From positions 1 to 35,109 of the forward strand of contig CAZOIA010000038.1 in the NCBI GenBank assembly GCA_964579675.1: DNA of 35,109 nucleotides. The letters are read 5' to 3'. The notes beneath the pieces were generated by a model. The model was not told the origin of the DNA. It saw only the letters and a list, made by a program, of their open reading frames with translations, and made no database searches. Source of the stretch: an uncultured Planctomycetales bacterium. Lineage in GTDB: Bacteria > Planctomycetota > Phycisphaerae > UBA1845 > PWPN01. Positions 26,356 through 35,109 of this stretch are shown here, piece by piece; within the stretch, counting starts at the first letter, position 1; each line of letters begins with the position of its first letter. Position numbers and translations under genes: made by a program.

Positions 26356-27048
26356 TTAGCGCGCGCGGGCCCGGTTCACGATCTCGCGAACCTCGGGAAC
26401 CGCGAAGTCGTATTCCGCGGCAAGTTCGCCGAGCTTCACATTCGTCGGTGTCTCGGGGGCAAGGCCGAGTTCCTCGAGGATTCTCGCGCTGGAAACGCCG
26501 GTGTTCCTCGCGATCTCCTCGAGCGTCAGGCGTCCGCAGACCTGCCTGTCGCCGGGCGTGTGCCCGGTTCCGTGCGGTTCGGATGCGGAGGACGCGCCTC
26601 CACCACCCCGGCTCGTTTCAACGTGCTCATCGTGCGGGACGTACTCGCCTTCAAGATTCCGCGAAGCCCACAAGATCGCCCCTGCCATCAATACCAGGAT
26701 CGCAAGAAGAAACGCCACACCCGAACCTGTCACCCCCGCCCGCGGGGAAGAACTATGCGTTTCTGTTCGCCGGGAGCCGGCGATCTGGCCCGTGACAACG
26801 CACACCCAGCTCCAGTGCAGGGCAACGTGAACGAGCATCAGTCCGGCAAGGCCAACCGCAAGCCACCAGTGCAGGCCGCCCCAGCCGTGGCGGTTCCAGC
26901 CCAACAGGGTCAGGCCCGGCCCGCCGTCCGGACCGTGCCCGCTGCCCGGGGGCAACAGGTACTTCATGATTACGCCGGTCTCGATCAGAGCCAACATGAC
27001 CAGCAACGAGATTGCATCCAGGACGAAATTGACGCGACTGCGACTCAT
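26356..27048 (-). CDS. DUF4405-like membrane protein with soluble C-terminal helical domain
   Basis: ATG at 27048. There are three or four TM helices with a conserved-looking His/Trp pattern (HGWGGLHWWLAVGLAGLMLVHVALHW). The C-terminal soluble segment reads LTLEEIARNTGVSSARILEELGL. The gene lies 95 nt upstream of the zinc-ribbon gene on the same strand. Confidence 0.5.
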   Translation of the reverse strand: MSRSRVNFVLDAISLLVMLALIETGVIMKYLLPPGSGHGPDGGPGLTLLGWNRHGWGGLHWWLAVGLAGLMLVHVALHWSWVCVVTGQIAGSRRTETHSSSPRAGVTGSGVAFLLAILVLMAGAILWASRNLEGEYVPHDEHVETSRGGGGASSASEPHGTGHTPGDRQVCGRLTLEEIARNTGVSSARILEELGLAPETPTNVKLGELAAEYDFAVPEVREIVNRARAR

Positions 27049-27191
27049 GATACTCAGCCCCTATCTACGCTTCTTCGAGTTCCTTCCTGCGAGGCAGGAC
27101 CATGTCCCGCAGCCTAAACCACGCTCCCACGAATCTCAAATACTCAAACTGACCCATCTCCCCGCGTTCATCGTCCGTAACATCAAAGAGC

Positions 27192-27209
27192 CGCGGGCTT
27201 TAGCCCGCG
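27192..27209 (-). terminator. candidate terminator hairpin downstream of the 27355 gene array
   Basis: A cgcgggc-ttta-gcccgcg hairpin is followed on the minus-strand transcript by GCUCUUUGAUG. It lies about 145 nt past the stop at 27355. Confidence 0.25.
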
Positions 27210-27354
27210 CGGCCCTTCGAATGGCCTCACAGCGCCCTCTGGGTTCGCAAGGCCGCGCAGGCTTCAAGCCTGCGGCTCCTCGCCCGGGAAGCGGTCAGTC
27301 TGAGTCAAATAGAGGTTGGCCACTGACTTTTCCGTTCACGTTTCCTCGGTGCCT

Positions 27355-29391
27355 TCAGCCGGCGCACTTCGGATCCGTCGGCTCGCCCGCCCCGCCCAGG
27401 CAGCGTTGAAACAGGCCGAAGTCCGACTGGTCAACGTCCCCGTCGTTGTCCTGGTCCAGGCACGTGCACACACGCCCGTCAGCCGTCGGCGACCACGAAG
27501 CACCCGGCCCGCTGGCACACGTCTCAAGCAGCTCGTAATCATCGAGGTCCACGTCACCGTCACCATCGGCGTCGGCTGCGGGATATGCGCAATTCTCCAT
27601 CTGGTCCCGCCAGAGCGTGAAGCCATCGATATCGTCCGAGAGCGGTTGAGCAAGCAGCGGCTGACTCGATCCGGTCATGAACGAGTAATAGACCATGTTG
27701 GGATCCAACCCGCCGGACTCGTCCACGCCCGGCGTCTGCGGGTCGTCGTCGTCCACGCTGAACAGTATCGCCAGCGCCATTCCACCCGGATGATTCGGAT
27801 CACGCAACCACGCGAGTTCAAACGCGTCCACGTCGGTGTCGTTTGACAGACCCAGATGGATCACATCGTCAATGACGCGAACCGCACCGCCGGGGGCTAA
27901 CTCATAAACGTCGCCGGCATCGAGGCCATTCGTGCCTTCGTGATCGGCGGTGAACAGCCAGACCGGACATGCATCCCTGCCCTGAACGATATCCAACGAG
28001 TCCACGTCGTCGTCGTCCACTTGGGCCGTGTCCGGGTTGGGCGCCAGGCTCTGATGCACGGTGATTTCATCTGCAAACGGGTACTGCAAGGCGAGGGCAT
28101 ACGGCGGCGGGCCCTCGACAAGCCGTACGACCGCCCCGAGCACCTCGTCCGTTGCGGCGGTGGTGCCATAGGTGTGCCCACCGGGCGACAACGCGGTAAC
28201 CGGCACGTCGCCCGCCGGCCAACCGCCGGCCGCGTCGTCGTCAAATGAGATCAGCAGGTACCGTGCCGCGAAGATGCAGCTCGACTCGAACTGCGGGATC
28301 GGTTCAGACAACGGCGTATCCTCCGGAATGAGCTGCGCGTCGTGGATCGACACGTCGATCTGGTCGTGCCCGTCCAGGTCGAAGTAATCGCCGTAGTCCT
28401 GCGGGCTGCCGGAACCGACCGGCACCCGCGTCGCCGGCGGGTTGCCGTCATCAGGCGGGTCAGGATCGGGATCGCTTGCGAAGATGCTTTCGTCGTCCTT
28501 GAACCCATCCCGCCCCGGTGGGACCACCGGCGAACCTTTCCAGTCATAAACGTCGCCGGGATCGAACGCCTCGTCGCCGTCAGTACTCGGATCGCTCAAC
28601 TCCGTATCCGAGCCCGTGTCCAGCGAGAACTCCAGCGTAATGTAGTTCACCTGCAGGTAGGGCCACAGCGCCTCGTCCCAGTAGTTCGTGCTGCGAAACT
28701 GGGCGAGCGGGCTGATCGTCTCGTAGCCCGGATACGCCTCGAACTCGTCGGCGTCCTTGATCAGCAGTCCGCAATTGTCACGCGTTCCCTCGAGCCATTC
28801 CATTACCAGATCCGTCACGTCCCAGGTCGTCCAGTTGCCCACGGCCGGAACAACCGTTGACGCGTAGACGGTGGGAGCGAAGTCCCCGCCCCCCGGGCGG
28901 TACGCCGGGACCCCAGCGTTATAACTGTCCCAGTAAACGGGGCTGGCTGATTGGTAGTCGTCGCGTGCCGGCCAGTTGGACTCCAACTCGTCCCAGGGGT
29001 TCGTGACGCGATGGACGTGGTACGTTCGGCCTTCAGGATCGTCCCAGTGATACGTATGCAGATACAGACCGAGCGTGGCACCGGTGATGAGATGGGTATC
29101 GACGGCGACTTGCGACATGTCGAACTGAAGCAGCGTGCGCATGTTCTTGATGTCCCCCCACAGTGCCGCCGTCCGTACCCGCAGCTCCATGTCGTTCCCG
29201 TAGTTGGCCGTATATCCCGACGAACACGAATTGATCCAATTGTCCGCCACGGGGTAGAGCGTCTGCGCCCCCGCCTCCGGCGGCAGTGTCGCCGAGGCCC
29301 ATACGCAAAGACTGATGCCCAAGCCACGGACGAGCAAGCCGTGCGTTGGACGCCGCACCTTGTGCGAACCACACCAGGCATACCTTCCCAT
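27355..29391 (-). CDS. secreted protein: N-terminal ~200-aa domain paralogous to the PEP-CTERM protein, D/P-rich middle, C-terminal dockerin-type Ca-binding repeats
   Basis: ATG at 29391 has a GAGGAAGGAAGG RBS. There is a signal peptide. The N-domain reads ADNWINSCSSGYTANYGNDMELRVRT...GLLIKDADEFE. The C-terminal repeats read DADGDGDVDLDDYELLETC and DQDNDGDVDQSDFGLFQRC. Confidence 0.75.
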   Translation of the reverse strand: MGRYAWCGSHKVRRPTHGLLVRGLGISLCVWASATLPPEAGAQTLYPVADNWINSCSSGYTANYGNDMELRVRTAALWGDIKNMRTLLQFDMSQVAVDTHLITGATLGLYLHTYHWDDPEGRTYHVHRVTNPWDELESNWPARDDYQSASPVYWDSYNAGVPAYRPGGGDFAPTVYASTVVPAVGNWTTWDVTDLVMEWLEGTRDNCGLLIKDADEFEAYPGYETISPLAQFRSTNYWDEALWPYLQVNYITLEFSLDTGSDTELSDPSTDGDEAFDPGDVYDWKGSPVVPPGRDGFKDDESIFASDPDPDPPDDGNPPATRVPVGSGSPQDYGDYFDLDGHDQIDVSIHDAQLIPEDTPLSEPIPQFESSCIFAARYLLISFDDDAAGGWPAGDVPVTALSPGGHTYGTTAATDEVLGAVVRLVEGPPPYALALQYPFADEITVHQSLAPNPDTAQVDDDDVDSLDIVQGRDACPVWLFTADHEGTNGLDAGDVYELAPGGAVRVIDDVIHLGLSNDTDVDAFELAWLRDPNHPGGMALAILFSVDDDDPQTPGVDESGGLDPNMVYYSFMTGSSQPLLAQPLSDDIDGFTLWRDQMENCAYPAADADGDGDVDLDDYELLETCASGPGASWSPTADGRVCTCLDQDNDGDVDQSDFGLFQRCLGGAGEPTDPKCAG

Positions 29392-29504
29392 GATCTGGCC
29401 TTCCTTCCTCTGCAGGTTATCGTTGTCCCTGTCAGGATCAGCGGCATCATCCGAACGCCGTCTTACCGGCACCCCGACCCCTTCTAAGCCGGACCGCCGA
29501 ATGA

Positions 29505-30248
29505 TCAGGGCATGTCGAATTGCGGGTCATTACCCCAGAACGGCTTCTCCCAGGGCTTTTCTGACATCTCCACGGGCACATCCGCTTCGCGAATGATCGC
29601 GACGTGGCCGTCGTGAAAAACCGCGTTTGCCCGCCAATAGGCCCTGTTCGCCGACTGGTGGTGGCGATACGCTACGTTCTTGTTCACGCAGCCCGGCCAG
29701 CCGACTGCCAGTGGGTGGTCGTTCAGGTTGGCGGCCGCGTCACAAAACGCCAGCGCCCGGTCAGGGTGTTGCACCTGGGTTCGGCGCCGCCCCTGTTTCG
29801 AGCGGGCCCGGCGCATGCCGAAGCAAGACGTATTGGCGGCATAGCTCACCCAGCAACCCTTCGGCTGATCGTCCAGGCAGCGATCCGGGCGACGGTCACT
29901 CGGACAGCTCACGAGCGATCGCCCTTGCGGATCAGGTGACAACGCCAGCGGCTTGATAAACGCCGGGTTCTGCCACCAGTTCTCCGGGCCGGGCTGGTCG
30001 TCATGCGACTCCGCGGTGGGCAGCCAGTCCTTACTGACATCCGCATACAAGCTCAGCGCCGAGCCGATTTGCCGCAGGTTGCTCCCGCATACCGTACACC
30101 GTGCGTTCTCTCGCGCCCTGTGTAGGGAAGGAAGGAGGATGGCCAGCAGCAACGCGATGATACTGATTACCACCAATAGCTCGATCAGCGTGAACCCGAC
30201 CAACCGAGCTTCCTTGCCGCGCGGTATGCTTGAATCAACCCGGGTCAT
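29505..30248 (-). CDS. DUF1559 family protein with prepilin-type N-terminal cleavage/methylation domain (Planctomycete pseudopilin-like)
   Basis: The prepilin motif reads [25 protein letters not shown]. The C-terminal DUF1559-like motif reads [12 protein letters not shown]. The ATG at 30248 is preferred over the TTG at 30293 because the longer form would overlap the upstream gene's stop. Confidence 0.8.
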   Translation of the reverse strand: MTRVDSSIPRGKEARLVGFTLIELLVVISIIALLLAILLPSLHRARENARCTVCGSNLRQIGSALSLYADVSKDWLPTAESHDDQPGPENWWQNPAFIKPLALSPDPQGRSLVSCPSDRRPDRCLDDQPKGCWVSYAANTSCFGMRRARSKQGRRRTQVQHPDRALAFCDAAANLNDHPLAVGWPGCVNKNVAYRHHQSANRAYWRANAVFHDGHVAIIREADVPVEMSEKPWEKPFWGNDPQFDMP

Positions 30249-30274
30249 CACTCTCGCCCAACGGACGTTCCGCT

Positions 30275-31075
30275 TTACGTTTTCCGCCGCCAAGACCGCA
30301 CCAAACCCGCGAATCCTGTGCCGAACAGAAGCAAAGCCGACGGCTCGGGAACGTAGTTGACCTCCAGATACGGCCTGAACGCGGTATTGCTGAACTCCGA
30401 ACTATGGAACATCAGGAGGTAGCTGATATTCCCGCCTCCGGGGTCCGACTCGATTTCGTCCGAGTCCTTGATGATGAGCCCGTGGTTGGCGGTGCCATCG
30501 ACCCAGTCCTTGACCAGGCAGGTGACGTCCCAGGTCATCCAATCAGCGGTTCCGGCCGGTACGACCGCTGAGGCTGCAGCCGTCGGGACGAAGTCGCCGC
30601 CGCCCGGCTGGTAGGAAGGCGAACCTGCGTTGCAGGCATCCCAGTAGACGGGGGTCGGCTGATCGTAGCCGTCTCGCGCTTGCCAGGTCGAACCCGTTTC
30701 GGTCCAGGAGTTCGTCAGTCGGTGGACGTTGCAGGTTCTGCCGGCAGGATCGGTGTGACCCTGAGCCCCCCCATAGCTGAAGTAATAGAGCCCGAGCGTG
30801 GCGCTCGTAATGAGACTGCTGTCGCCCGGCAGCCCGCTGAGGTCGAAGTTGAGCACCGACCGGAAATTCTTGGGCTCCTTGCCGCCCGGCGGACCCCACC
30901 AGGAGGCTCGCACCCGCAACTGGTCCATCGCGCCGTTGTTGACCGTGCACCCCGCTGAACAGGAACTGAGCCAGTTGTCCGCTTCCGGCGAGAGCGTCGC
31001 CGTGTCCGCCTCAACCTGCGGTGCCGCAATGACGCAGGCAAGAACCGCAACGCCCAAATAACGTGAAATACTCAT
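30275..31075 (-). CDS. PEP-CTERM sorting-domain protein with secreted N-terminal beta-rich domain
   Basis: ATG at 31075. The signal peptide reads [23 protein letters not shown]. The C-terminal sorting signal reads [25 protein letters not shown], a PEP motif, a TM helix and a basic tail. The domain is paralogous to the N-domain of the 27355..29391 protein. Confidence 0.8.
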   Translation of the reverse strand: MSISRYLGVAVLACVIAAPQVEADTATLSPEADNWLSSCSAGCTVNNGAMDQLRVRASWWGPPGGKEPKNFRSVLNFDLSGLPGDSSLITSATLGLYYFSYGGAQGHTDPAGRTCNVHRLTNSWTETGSTWQARDGYDQPTPVYWDACNAGSPSYQPGGGDFVPTAAASAVVPAGTADWMTWDVTCLVKDWVDGTANHGLIIKDSDEIESDPGGGNISYLLMFHSSEFSNTAFRPYLEVNYVPEPSALLLFGTGFAGLVRSWRRKT

Positions 31076-31236
31076 GAGTCTTCTATCCTCCTGTAAAAGG
31101 TACTATCCAAACCGCGGGGCAGACGCTGGTTTCGATTCCGTCGAGAGGTTTACCTGCCTTCGCGGTGCACCGGGGACAATGGCAGGTCAACGCCGCGATG
31201 AATCGCGACAACGGCCTGCCCCTACCGGTTCCCTGT

Positions 31237-31536
31237 TCAGAAGGTGGGCGGTGCGCGAGGTGATCGTATCTGGAAGTCGCAGGTATCCGCCCGCAATTCG
31301 ACACTTGGCGGGGGATACAGGTACAGAAAGGTTGCCTCATCGCAGCAGGTGGCGAGGCTCGCGTCGCCGACCACCGTGGTTGAGCCAAACGTCAGTTGAC
31401 GGCAGATGGGGCAGTCTTGTTCGTCAAAATCGTGGTCGGGTCCTTCAACCCAAAGATGAGCCGCAAGCGCCACCCCGGTTGACAGGGCAAGGAAGCTCGC
31501 GAGGGCAAGCAGGACGGTGGTCTCTCTCCGAACCAT
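31237..31536 (-). CDS. hypothetical small secreted cysteine-rich protein (99 aa)
   Basis: ATG at 31536 begins a signal-peptide-like N-terminus (MVRRETTVLLALASFLALSTGVALAAH). There are 6 Cys, including CPICRQ and CCDE. The gene has the same strand as the PEP-CTERM gene and lies about 160 nt upstream of it. The longer ORF-track form starting at 31683 is rejected. Confidence 0.4.
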   Translation of the reverse strand: MVRRETTVLLALASFLALSTGVALAAHLWVEGPDHDFDEQDCPICRQLTFGSTTVVGDASLATCCDEATFLYLYPPPSVELRADTCDFQIRSPRAPPTF

Positions 31537-31886
31537 TTCGATTCCAGCGATGAGTTTTGGTCCTCGCCAGTGAGACCGAGTCGCAACTGTATCATAAGGA
31601 TATACGTTGCCTGTTGTGTTGTCAACGCGGGTCGTTGCGGCAAAAGGGCCGGTCCCTTGTGATCCTCTCTTGCTCTCTGGCATCGGGAGCTGCAGGGGGA
31701 GTGGTTCCCGCCGGGACGTCTATACCGGTAACCCCTTTCGCGGTAAGATCTTACTCGGCAGGAGGCGCCGCCGGTCGCGCGGGCAACTCTCGCGCGTCTT
31801 TGCAAGAAACAGGCTCGGCACGGCAAGAATGATGAGGGCGGTGTGCTTGAATCGGATGTCGGGCGACGTGACCTTGGAGACCGGAC

Positions 31887-34607
31887 ATGCGGGATAAAAG
31901 CGAAGACAGGAAACCGTGGCCCTGGTGGCTCAAGCTGTTGTTGGGGGTCAGCCCGATCCTCGTGCTGTTGGGCATCGGGTTTCTGTTCGACGGCAACGCC
32001 CGGCGCAGACTTAATCGGGCAATGGAGGAAGCCCGCGCCGGCGGCGGGCCGGTGACAATCCAGGAACTCCAGGCAGCACGCAGGGTGTGGTCGGACGACG
32101 AGAACGGGGCGTTGGTCATCGTGTCGCTCAGCTCGCGGCTGTCGGCCATCCCGGGCGAGGAAGGGATGGATGCCCTGCCGATCTTCGGTGCTATGGTGCG
32201 CGGTCGCCGGCACGAACCGCCGCCGCTCGGCGGAAAGTGGCCCGAGGAGGTGGACCAGGCCGTTGCCGCCCAGCTTGAACGCCTGTCCCCGGAACTCGCC
32301 ACCATCGACCGCCTCTTAGACTATGAAGGCGGGCGATTCCCTACGAAGATCGCGCCTAATCCGGTCAACACACTTCTACCCCACCTTTCGCAGCTCCGGA
32401 CGGCGACCAGACTCAAGTCGTCGCAGACCACCTACCGGGCGATGCACGACGATACCGCGTCGTTGATCGATGACGTCAGCGTCATGCGCCGGTGCGGCCG
32501 ACTCCTTGAGGATGAACCGTTCCTGATATCTGCACTGGTGCGGGTCGCTTGTGATTCCCTGACCGTCTCGACGATCGAGGACGTCTGTGCCCACGCGACG
32601 CTCACCCCCGAGCAGTTGACGCAGCTCGAACAGCAACTTGCCGCCATGGCAAGCGAGAACAGGATGTACTGGGGCATGCTTGGTGAACGTGGCTTTTTCA
32701 TCGGGGCGGCCGACTGGTTTCGCAAAACCGGCGATTTGAGCGGGGCCGGTGGACCGACACTGCGGGTTACGACCAAGCTGCCCGGCCTGCGGGGCTGGCT
32801 GATGCGCGACCAGGCGACGGGCCTGCGCCTCTTCAACCGGATCATCCGGGTTCTCGAAGACCCCGAACGAAGACTCCAGGTGGCGCGCGAGACCGATGCC
32901 GAGTTGGAGAAGCTCGGCGATTTGTCCTTTTTCTGGTCGCCCATGACCAGGCAGTTGATGCCCTCCGTCGCCCGTTCGCTGGAACTCGATCTGCGTCTGA
33001 CAGCCCAGGCCCGATGCGCTCAGACCGCCCTGGCCATCGAACGCTACCGCATCGACAATGGGCTCTTTCCCCAGCAGCTCGACCAGCTCATGCCTCGCTA
33101 CCTCGACTGCGTGCCCACCGACCCCTTCGACCGCAAGCCGCTTCGCTACCGCGTGGATGATGACGCGGTGATCGCCTACAGCGTCGGTGAAGACATGACC
33201 GACAACGGGGGTGAAGTGGAACAGCGCACGACGGGAAGTCGGCGGGATCGGGGATTCGTCCTGTTGGTGCCCGAAGCCCGGGGAAGGCCCGCGGCCAACG
33301 TTCAGGACAAGGATGGCGCGAAACCGAACATGATCTTCATTCTGACCGACGACATGCGCTGGGATGCGATGGGCTGCGCGGGCAACGGGCTCATCAAGAC
33401 CCCCAACCTGGACCGGCTGGCGGATCGGGGCGTCATGTTCCGCAACGCCTTCTGCACCACCAGTATCTGCAGCGTCAGTCGCGCGAGCTTCCTCACCGGC
33501 CAGCACGCCCGCCGACACGGGGTCCGCGATTTCTCCACACCACTGTCGCCCCAGGGGTTCGCCCGGAGCTTTCCCGCTTTGCTGCGGAAGAACGGGTATC
33601 GCACCGGCTTCGTCGGCAAGTGGGGCCTGGGCGGTCTGCTGCCCGAGGAGGAGTTCGACCACTGGGCGGGCTACGCCGGCCAGGGCAAATACTTTGAAAA
33701 CGGTGACCCTGAGCACCTGACCGCCAAGATGGGTGAGAAGGCACTGCGGTTCATCAGCGAATCCCGCGACCGGCAGCCGTTCCTCTTATGCGTCAGCACC
33801 AAGGCCCCGCACTGCCAGGACCAGGCCCCCAAGCAGTTCCAGCCCGACCCCGCGTTCGATCATCTCTACCAGGACGTGACGATCCCCGCGCCCAAGACCG
33901 CCAACGCCCAGGCGTTCGAGGCTCTGCCCGAGTTCATCCGCCGGTCCGAAGGCCGAACCCGATGGCAACGACGCTTCAACACTCCCGAGCGGTACCAGGA
34001 CTCGGTCAAGAACTACTACCGCCTGATCACCGGCGTCGATCACCTCGTGGGGCGGATCATGTCCAGGCTCGATGAGTTGAAACTGGCCGATAGCACCGTC
34101 GTCATCTTCACGTCGGACAATGGTTTCTTTCTCGGCGAGCGCGGCCTGGCAGGCAAGTGGCTCATGTACGAGGAATCGATCCGCTTGCCGCTGATCGTCA
34201 GGCATCCGAAGCTGCGTCGCGGGTCGGGCCGCGAGAAGATCGAGGAGATGGTTCTCACGATTGACATCGCGCCGACGATCATGGACTTCGCCGGCGTGGA
34301 TATCCCTTCGTCCGTGCAGGGTCGGAGTCTCAAGCCGCTCATGTCAGGCAAGCCGTCAACGTGGCGTCGCGAATGGTTCTACGAGCACCACTATGGCCAC
34401 AAGGGCCGAATCCCCAGGACCGAGGGCGTCCGGACGGGCCAGTGGAAGTACACTCGCTACATTGACTCGCAACCCCTTTACGAGGAACTGTTCGACCTCC
34501 AAGCAGACCCGTTCGAGGAGCACAACCTGGCCCCGGGCCCGCAGCATGCCGATGCGCTTAAGCGTATGCGGCAGCGCTGGGGGGAGCTGGCCGAGGCCGC
34601 AAAGTGA
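31887..34607 (+). CDS. fusion protein: N-terminal TM anchor plus ~450-aa helical domain ending in a GspG-like pseudopilin beta motif, fused to a C-terminal sulfatase (S1 family)
   Basis: ATG at 31887. The TM helix reads WWLKLLLGVSPILVLLGIGFLF. The GspG-like C-terminal motif of the N-domain reads ERYRIDNGLFPQQLDQLMPRYLDCVPTDPFDRKPLRYRV..IAYSVGEDMTDNGGE. The sulfatase domain reads KPNMIFILTDDMRWDAMGC...FCTTSICSVSRASFLTGQ...GKWGLGG. Confidence 0.85.
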   Translation: MRDKSEDRKPWPWWLKLLLGVSPILVLLGIGFLFDGNARRRLNRAMEEARAGGGPVTIQELQAARRVWSDDENGALVIVSLSSRLSAIPGEEGMDALPIFGAMVRGRRHEPPPLGGKWPEEVDQAVAAQLERLSPELATIDRLLDYEGGRFPTKIAPNPVNTLLPHLSQLRTATRLKSSQTTYRAMHDDTASLIDDVSVMRRCGRLLEDEPFLISALVRVACDSLTVSTIEDVCAHATLTPEQLTQLEQQLAAMASENRMYWGMLGERGFFIGAADWFRKTGDLSGAGGPTLRVTTKLPGLRGWLMRDQATGLRLFNRIIRVLEDPERRLQVARETDAELEKLGDLSFFWSPMTRQLMPSVARSLELDLRLTAQARCAQTALAIERYRIDNGLFPQQLDQLMPRYLDCVPTDPFDRKPLRYRVDDDAVIAYSVGEDMTDNGGEVEQRTTGSRRDRGFVLLVPEARGRPAANVQDKDGAKPNMIFILTDDMRWDAMGCAGNGLIKTPNLDRLADRGVMFRNAFCTTSICSVSRASFLTGQHARRHGVRDFSTPLSPQGFARSFPALLRKNGYRTGFVGKWGLGGLLPEEEFDHWAGYAGQGKYFENGDPEHLTAKMGEKALRFISESRDRQPFLLCVSTKAPHCQDQAPKQFQPDPAFDHLYQDVTIPAPKTANAQAFEALPEFIRRSEGRTRWQRRFNTPERYQDSVKNYYRLITGVDHLVGRIMSRLDELKLADSTVVIFTSDNGFFLGERGLAGKWLMYEESIRLPLIVRHPKLRRGSGREKIEEMVLTIDIAPTIMDFAGVDIPSSVQGRSLKPLMSGKPSTWRREWFYEHHYGHKGRIPRTEGVRTGQWKYTRYIDSQPLYEELFDLQADPFEEHNLAPGPQHADALKRMRQRWGELAEAAK

Positions 34608-35109
34608 AACGCGACACCCACGAAGACGCAGTAACATATACGCACTGAGCGAATCCCGACGGGTAGAGTTTCAGCAAACCCTCGGCTGCCCGTTACTCGC
34701 GGTCGGCCTATGACGGCACCGCAAAGGTGCCGGATGCCCCGGAGCGTTCTCGCGAGGGTCGAAGCCAACCAGGAAAGCAGCCGGGAGCGAAGCGGTATGA
34801 CCAAAAATGCCGTGATCACCTTGCTACGGAGCGGGTGGTCCATGATTTTCCGGGGACCGGCGGCGACGTCCCATTTGTGGTGAGCCCTTCGTCGGAGCGC
34901 AAACTGTTTTTTGCCGCACGCCGATGGAAGCTGACGCGCGATTCATGCAGGCGTGGGCATTGCCGACATGGCTGGATTTCCTTCCGTCGGTGACAGGGCA
35001 GTCTCAGCCGGGCTTTGCCCCTTGTGAATGCCATGACTCACGGGTAAACTGAGGTGCACTGCTGGGAGTCACCGAGCGATGCGTTGCAGAATTCTTCGGC
35101 AAAGGACAA

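Noticed and set aside
25496-27117. Plus-strand ORFs 25496..26359, 26049..26795 and 26239..27117
   Set aside because: They are antisense to the zinc-ribbon/HEAT and DUF4405-like genes. Their translations are R/P/A-rich.
27316-29487. Several 100-211-aa ORFs in alternate frames of the 27355..29391 gene, such as 28815..29450 (-) and 28342..28860 (+)
   Set aside because: They are nested in or antisense to a gene with a clear signal peptide, a paralogous domain and dockerin repeats. Their composition is R/T/S-rich.
31392-33716. Minus-strand ORFs 31392..32213, 31751..32305 and 32376..33716
   Set aside because: They are antisense to the sulfatase fusion gene or lie in its promoter region. Their translations are low-complexity.
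34608-35109. Short ORFs at the window end, such as 34727..34993 (+) and 34816..35034 (-)
   Set aside because: There is no RBS, domain signal or convincing composition. This is lower-GC intergenic-looking sequence, and the hairpin ggcaccgcaaaggtgcc lacks a U-tract.

Overview
This is a high-GC (~65%) bacterial chromosomal window whose gene content looks Planctomycetota-like. The evidence is a very large fused SecDF, a DUF1559 prepilin-type protein, a PEP-CTERM protein, dockerin-like repeats and multiple sulfatase-family genes.

In order along the window:
- 1..1635: the 3' edge of a bacterial-microcompartment locus, a 5'-truncated PduS-like FeS flavoprotein followed by a PduT-like tandem-BMC shell protein.
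- 1750..2160: a small acidic secreted protein.
- 2309..8125: a giant secDF carrying a TQPA-type low-complexity insertion, then rmuC.
- 8170..13011, minus strand: a polytopic membrane protein, an HTH-WYL-WCX regulator and dtd arranged as a tight array that converges on rmuC, with an MtaD-like amidohydrolase upstream.
- 13193..16318: an LtaS/EptA-like membrane-anchored sulfatase-superfamily protein with a Thr in the nucleophile position, then a Tat-signal metallophosphoesterase.
- 16395..17843: an AT-rich divergent promoter island with a near-consensus sigma70 promoter and a ~170-nt structured leader in front of a hypothetical gene and a stand-alone leuD.
- 17876..21216: a translationally coupled mcsA-mcsB protein-arginine-kinase pair, then trpE with an intrinsic terminator.
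- 21270..24657: a small hypothetical gene preceded by twin CCCTGCAGG palindromes, then a flotillin (YqiK-like) and NfeD/YqiJ-like operon whose NfeD partner carries a (DV/DA)n dipeptide repeat encoded by near-perfect 18-bp tandem repeats.
- 24995..27048: a zinc-ribbon/HEAT membrane protein and a DUF4405-like membrane protein.
- 27355..31536, minus strand: an array of a small Cys-rich secreted protein, a PEP-CTERM protein, a DUF1559 pseudopilin-like protein and a 678-aa dockerin-repeat protein. The PEP-CTERM and dockerin proteins share a paralogous ~200-aa N-terminal secreted domain.
- 31887..34607: a 906-aa fusion of a membrane-anchored domain ending in a GspG-like pseudopilin motif with a sulfatase whose FGly motif is the non-canonical CSVSR.

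No rRNA, tRNA, CRISPR array or obvious mobile element was recognised. Many long ORFs in the six-frame track are antisense GC-frame artefacts and were rejected.
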